From assembly GCA_963711835.1 (NCBI GenBank), contig CAVQFQ010000025.1:1-64000 (forward strand): DNA of 64,000 nucleotides, in the 5' to 3' direction. The DNA comes from an uncultured delta proteobacterium (GTDB lineage: Bacteria > Desulfobacterota > RBG-13-43-22). A model generated the notes under the pieces. The model had not been told where the DNA came from and did no database searches. It saw only the letters and a program-made list of their open reading frames with translations. Numbering within the stretch: the stretch's first letter is position 1; the number at the start of each line of letters is the position of its first letter. The position numbers and the translations under genes are program-made. Shown in pieces: positions 59,575-64,000 of this stretch.

Positions 59575-59920
59575 ATGAGCTTCCTGCTCAGGCCACAGCA
59601 CTCCCTAGGCAATCCTTTATACACAAAGTTGACCCTCCCGTGATGAGGCGCTGGAAGCGCTTCGAACGATTCTAAAAGAAGAAGAGATAAGCATACCTAT
59701 TGATTTGATTTTAATCCGGGATGAAGCTGAAGCTACAGCCAAGCATTTCCAGGGTTCTCCGACCATCCAGATCAATGGATTGGATTTGGAGCCTGAGGCC
59801 CGAGAGCACCCAAAGATCGGTATGGGTTGACGATTTTATATAGCGGAGGATGGACGATTCTCCAAGACCCCACCGGATTTCTTGGTCCGGGAGCAATTGA
59901 GGATATTGCTCAATGAATAA
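59575..59920 (+). CDS. Putative double-selenocysteine thioredoxin-like protein (~114 aa, U19 and U85); needs removal of one base at ~59608
   Basis: Frame from 59612: ILYTQS-U-PSRDEALEALRTILKEEEISIPIDLILIRDEAEATAKHFQGSPTIQINGLDLEPEAREHPKIGMG-U-RFYIAEDGRFSKTPPDFLVREQLRILLNE*; TGA at 59630 and 59828, each followed by a SECIS-like hairpin. Confidence 0.8.
59645..59663 (+). other. SECIS-like hairpin 1
   Basis: GAGGCGCT-GGA-AGCGCTTC, 8-bp stem starting 12 nt after TGA 59630-59632. Confidence 0.7.
59845..59863 (+). other. SECIS-like hairpin 2
   Basis: GGAGGAT-GGACG-ATTCTCC, 7-bp stem starting 14 nt after TGA 59828-59830. Confidence 0.65.
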
Positions 59921-59958
59921 AAAGAACTAATTGATATTAATTCGAAAGGAGTGACTTC

Positions 59959-61005
59959 ATGTCGGTCTTCAACTCAAGAGAAAGAGTCCTTCGACTTTTT
60001 CGTCGTGAACCGTTGGATACCATGCCCGTGTTTAGTGGGATGGGTATGGTTACTATCCAGGCTATTCGTAAGATGGGGATCCCTTTTCCCCAGGTCCATA
60101 AATCGGCGGAATACATGGCCCGGGCGGCCTTGACTTCGGCTGAAATCTTCGGTTTTGATGCCGTGGTTATCCCTTATGATATGTGTACCGTTCCCGAAGC
60201 CCTGGGCCGTGGGGTGAGCCTTTATGAGGACTCTGAGGATATCCTTTACCCTACCGTTCCAACCAAATGGGAAAGCCTGGAGGCAGTGGAAATTCCCCCG
60301 AATTATCTTTCTTTGGGTCGGATGCCTTTGGTGGACAAGGCATTCGGTCTTTTAAAGGCCCAGTCGGATCAGGGGTTGGCCATCGGGGGATGGGTCTTGG
60401 GACCTTTTACCATGGCCGGACAACTCCTGGAACTGGATTTTCTCTTAAAAGGAATTAGAAAGGATAAAGAACGTATCGAAGCTTTTCTGGCCACCATGAC
60501 TGATCTGGTGATTGAAGTAGCACGACATTATCAGGCCCTGGGACTTGATTATATCACGATCAGGGAAATGGGTTCAGGGACGGATCTCCTTTCCCCGCGT
60601 ATGTGGACGACCATCATTGAACCCAACCTAAAAAGGCTTTTTGCCGCTATCCAATCACCCAAGATTCTCCATATCTGCGGTTCCACCGACCTGATTATCG
60701 AAATGATGAATAACTGCGGGGCCGATGCCCTTAGTGTGGATCAGAAAAACAATTTAGCCTTATCTCGAAAAAAGTTGGGGAATGAAGTGCTGCTTTTAGG
60801 TAATTTCGATCCCTACCGTACTCTAGTGCATATGGACCCTTCTCAGGTGGAGTCGATTATTAAGAAGTGTATCGATGACGGTGCGGATGCGGTCTGGCCA
60901 GGATGTGACTTGTGGCCTGATGTGAATGAAGAAAATCTGAAAGTTGCTTTAAATACCATAAAGACTTATGGTCGCAAGCCGAGTCCCGCAGTCGGAAGGC
61001 TCTAA
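59959..61005 (+). CDS. MtaA/CmuA-family (UroD-fold, Zn) methyltransferase
   Basis: PYDMCTVPEALG, GPFTMAGQL, LHICG, WPGCD. Confidence 0.88.
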   Translation: MSVFNSRERVLRLFRREPLDTMPVFSGMGMVTIQAIRKMGIPFPQVHKSAEYMARAALTSAEIFGFDAVVIPYDMCTVPEALGRGVSLYEDSEDILYPTVPTKWESLEAVEIPPNYLSLGRMPLVDKAFGLLKAQSDQGLAIGGWVLGPFTMAGQLLELDFLLKGIRKDKERIEAFLATMTDLVIEVARHYQALGLDYITIREMGSGTDLLSPRMWTTIIEPNLKRLFAAIQSPKILHICGSTDLIIEMMNNCGADALSVDQKNNLALSRKKLGNEVLLLGNFDPYRTLVHMDPSQVESIIKKCIDDGADAVWPGCDLWPDVNEENLKVALNTIKTYGRKPSPAVGRL

Positions 61006-61030
61006 TAAATTTTATGAAAGGAGAAAAAAC

Positions 61031-61693
61031 ATGGCAAGCAAGGACGAATTGCACAAGGTCTTAAAGGAGGGAGTAATTAACTTTCAGGAAGAGGAAGTCA
61101 GGGAGGGGGCTCAAAAGATTCTGGCGGAAGGGTACGATCCTCTGGAAGCGGTCATGGATGGGCTCGCTGCCGGGATGCTGGTCGTGGGAGATCTTTATGA
61201 ACGCAACGAGTATTTCGTTCCCGAGGTGCTCATGTGCGCCGATGCCCTGTATGCCGGGTTGGACATTTTAAGACCCCATATCCCGAAAAAGGAAGGCAAT
61301 ATCAAGGGGCAGGTCGTTATCGGGACCGTTCAGGGGGATGTCCATGATATCGGTAAGAACCTAATTAAGATGATGTTTGATGTAAGCGGTTTCCAGGTTC
61401 ATGATCTGGGTCGGGATGTCCCCGTGGAGAAGTTCGTGGCGGAACAGATGCGCACCGATTCCGAAATCGTCGCCCTGTCGGCGATGATGAGTACAACCAT
61501 GCTGGGCATGAAAAAAGTAATCCAGATGATCAAGGAAAAAAATCCCAACGTAGCCATTATGCTGGGTGGGGCACCGGTTTCTCAGGATGTAACCAAGTTG
61601 TTCGGTGCGGATGGCTATGCCGAATCGGCAGGTAATGCCGTTGAAGAGGCCATAAAAATGATCGGCCGTCTCCGGGAACTTAAGAAGGCGTAA
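61031..61693 (+). CDS. Methyltransferase cognate corrinoid protein (MtaC/MttC-like)
   Basis: Cap domain GM..VGDLYE..EYFVPE; B12-binding GDVHDIGKN, LSAMM, GGAP. Confidence 0.93.
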   Translation: MASKDELHKVLKEGVINFQEEEVREGAQKILAEGYDPLEAVMDGLAAGMLVVGDLYERNEYFVPEVLMCADALYAGLDILRPHIPKKEGNIKGQVVIGTVQGDVHDIGKNLIKMMFDVSGFQVHDLGRDVPVEKFVAEQMRTDSEIVALSAMMSTTMLGMKKVIQMIKEKNPNVAIMLGGAPVSQDVTKLFGADGYAESAGNAVEEAIKMIGRLRELKKA

Positions 61694-61834
61694 AAAGGGC
61701 CTCCTGTAATTATCTCCTTTTTCATTCAGCCGAAGGCCGAAACCCAGTCGTTTGATATGGTTCGGGCTTCCGGCTTTCGCCGTAGTGACGGAATTTGTGA
61801 GTTGGGCAAGAGAATCCAATAAGGGAGGGAAAGT

Positions 61835-63892
61835 TTGAAGGATAACAACGCGACTGTGATTTTCCAACCTTCTGGCCGCAGAGGGCTTGTTGAGAAAGGG
61901 ATTTCTTTAATTGAGGCTTCCCGAAGGTTGGGTGTAGACATCGAGGCCTTATGTGGGGAGAAAAAGAAGTGCGGCAAATGCAAGATTCGGATTGAAGAGG
62001 GTTTTTTTGAAAAGTTCGGTATTCAATCCAGCCTGTCCCATACGTCTCCCTGGTTGGAAGAGGAAGATAAGTATGTCAATGAACAGGAGAAGAACACCGG
62101 TTATCGCCTGGGATGTGTTGCCAATGTTGAGGGGGATCTTTTGGTCTTCGTACCGGAAGAATCCCGGGCCGGCAAACAGGTGGTGAGTAAAAAGGCCCGG
62201 GACATCTACATCGAGCATAACCCGGCCGTCAGGATCTATTATGTCGAAGTGGACCCGCCTACTTTTGAGGACCCTACCGGCGATTTTGAACGAATCTGTA
62301 GGGAGCTGGAAAAACAATATGGGCTTGGCAAGTTAACGATCGACTTCTTCACCCTTCGGCAACTCCCCATGGCCCTTCGCGATGGAGACTGGAAAGTGAC
62401 CGTGAGCATCTGGAATGACCTTGAGATCATCCGGGTGCGGCCCGGCAAGGCCGAGGCTGCTTATGGAATCGCCATTGATGTGGGGACTACCACCGTGGCC
62501 GGGTATTTTTGCAATCTCAACACCATGGAGGTTGTAGATACCGTCACCCTGATGAATCCTCAGTGTAAATACGGGGAAGACGTCATGGCCCGAATTACCT
62601 GTCATATGACGAACCCGGACGGCCTCAAACGGATGAGCGACGACATTATCGAGGGCCTGAACTGGATCATCGGTGAGGCCGTTAAGAACACCTTTCCTCC
62701 CAAGAAAAAGGTAAAAAGATCTGACGGGGAGGAAGGCCCTGAGGAATGGGTGGAGGTGCCGGAAGAAGGGAAGACCTATCTCCGGCTTACCTTGGATGAT
62801 GTCGAGGATGTAACCATTGGCGGGAATACAGCCATGCATCATATCCTGCTCCAGCTCAACCCGGAATTTGTGGGGATGGCCCCCTTTCCTCCGGTGATTC
62901 ATCACAGCCTGGATGTCAAGACCCGGGATATCGGTCTCAATATTAACCGCGGATCCTATGTCTTCGTCCTGCCAAATGAGGCAGGTTTCGTGGGGGCCGA
63001 TAATGTGGGGGTGCTTATCGCAGAGGAACCCTATAAGTCCGATGAGACCCAGCTTATCATTGATATCGGGACAAACGGCGAGCTGGTTCTGGGCAACAGG
63101 CACAAGCTGATATCCTCCTCATGTGCTACGGGCCCGGCCCTGGAAGGGGCCCAGCTTCAATTCGGCATGCGGGCCGCCCCGGGGGCCATTGAACGGATCA
63201 AAATTGATCCGGAGACCCATGAAGTGGATTACAAGGTGATCGGGCGGGATGCCTGGCGGCAGTACTCCGAACCCAAGGAGATGAAGACCAAGGGAATCTG
63301 CGGATCGGGGATCCTGGATGTCTTGGCCGAACTTTATCGTTCCGGGGTTATTATGAAGAGCGGTGTGTTCAGTAAGAATCAAAAATCGAACCGCTCCCGT
63401 ATTAATCCGGAAACCAAGCAACCTGAATTTGTGATTGCCTGGGCAAATGAGACTAGTATCGGGCGGGATGTGGTAATTTCCCAAAAGGATATCAGACAAA
63501 TCCAACTGGCCAAAGGAGCCCTATATTGCGGATGTAAATTGATGATGCGGCGTATGGGTATTGATAAGGTGGAGATAGTAAAGATTGCCGGGGCTTTTGG
63601 TACCCACGTAGACCGAGAAAAGGCCTTGATCATGGGTCTATTCCCGGATTGTGCGATCGACAAGATTGTTTCCATAGGAAACGCCGCCGGGGATGGAGCT
63701 AGGGCGGCCCTGTTGAACCGGGAAAAACGGATTGAGGCCAACTGGGTCTCCCGCAATGTGGAATATATTGAATTGACGGTGGAAAAGGATTTCCAGGTTC
63801 AATTTATGGAGGCCATGCAGATACCCCATATGAAGGATGCCTTTCTCCATTTGGAAGGATTGGTAAGAGCTGAAATTCTTCACCAGAAATAA
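61835..63892 (+). CDS. ATP-dependent reductive activator of corrinoid proteins (RACo/ASKHA, N-terminal [2Fe-2S])
   Basis: CGEKKKCGKC..RLGC; DVGTTTV, GNTAMHH, GFVGAD, DIGTNGE, ATGPALEG, AGAFG, GNAAG. Confidence 0.93.
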   Translation: MKDNNATVIFQPSGRRGLVEKGISLIEASRRLGVDIEALCGEKKKCGKCKIRIEEGFFEKFGIQSSLSHTSPWLEEEDKYVNEQEKNTGYRLGCVANVEGDLLVFVPEESRAGKQVVSKKARDIYIEHNPAVRIYYVEVDPPTFEDPTGDFERICRELEKQYGLGKLTIDFFTLRQLPMALRDGDWKVTVSIWNDLEIIRVRPGKAEAAYGIAIDVGTTTVAGYFCNLNTMEVVDTVTLMNPQCKYGEDVMARITCHMTNPDGLKRMSDDIIEGLNWIIGEAVKNTFPPKKKVKRSDGEEGPEEWVEVPEEGKTYLRLTLDDVEDVTIGGNTAMHHILLQLNPEFVGMAPFPPVIHHSLDVKTRDIGLNINRGSYVFVLPNEAGFVGADNVGVLIAEEPYKSDETQLIIDIGTNGELVLGNRHKLISSSCATGPALEGAQLQFGMRAAPGAIERIKIDPETHEVDYKVIGRDAWRQYSEPKEMKTKGICGSGILDVLAELYRSGVIMKSGVFSKNQKSNRSRINPETKQPEFVIAWANETSIGRDVVISQKDIRQIQLAKGALYCGCKLMMRRMGIDKVEIVKIAGAFGTHVDREKALIMGLFPDCAIDKIVSIGNAAGDGARAALLNREKRIEANWVSRNVEYIELTVEKDFQVQFMEAMQIPHMKDAFLHLEGLVRAEILHQK

Positions 63893-63903
63893 GCAGGGTT
63901 TAA

Positions 63904-64000
63904 ATGCAGAAAGACCAACCAGAGAAGAGAGGCGTCCAAGTATCCGTGGAACCGGGTATTTGCGGCTTTTCTTGTACGATCAAGGCCAGGATAAAGGAAC
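63904..64000 (+). CDS. Partial small Cys-containing protein (DUF6951-like), runs off window
   Basis: MQKDQPEKRGVQVSVEPGICGFSCTIKA; PGICGF motif. Confidence 0.6.
   Translation, partial: MQKDQPEKRGVQVSVEPGICGFSCTIKARIKE

Noticed and set aside
59421-59896. ORF-track calls 59421-59675 (+) and 59711-59896 (-) as genes
   Set aside because: They have no recognisable motifs and overlap the repeats or the better-supported Sec read-through frame
61725-61775. Cobalamin riboswitch before the RACo gene
   Set aside because: Only a simple imperfect hairpin is visible, with no B12-box consensus

Overview
Bacterial chromosomal segment whose gene content and intergenic repeats suggest an anaerobic Desulfobacterota (deltaproteobacterium); this assignment is inferred. 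Many single-base frameshifts sit in otherwise intact genes, which points to an error-prone long-read consensus rather than real pseudogenes. From left to right: (1) 1-9.9 kb signalling block (PAS histidine kinase, response regulators, two HD-GYP proteins, garbled four-helix-bundle cassette); (2) complete echABCDEF hydrogenase operon with a Rex-type operator; (3) ~30 kb minus-strand LPS/lipid A cluster with five GT9 genes, a probable lipid-linked amino-sugar decoration module and ~300-bp palindromic elements; (4) stand-alone WYL regulator; (5) short-chain acyl-CoA operon plus cobO; (6) corrinoid methyl-transfer island (two MtaA/CmuA-type methyltransferases, corrinoid protein, RACo/ASKHA activator, two V4R proteins, Cys-rich sensor kinase, NarL-type regulator). 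The main finding is an ORF missed by the ORF track at ~59575-59920. It encodes a thioredoxin-like protein with two in-frame TGA codons at Cys-type positions, each followed by a SECIS-like hairpin. It is a probable double-selenocysteine protein heading the methyltransferase operon.
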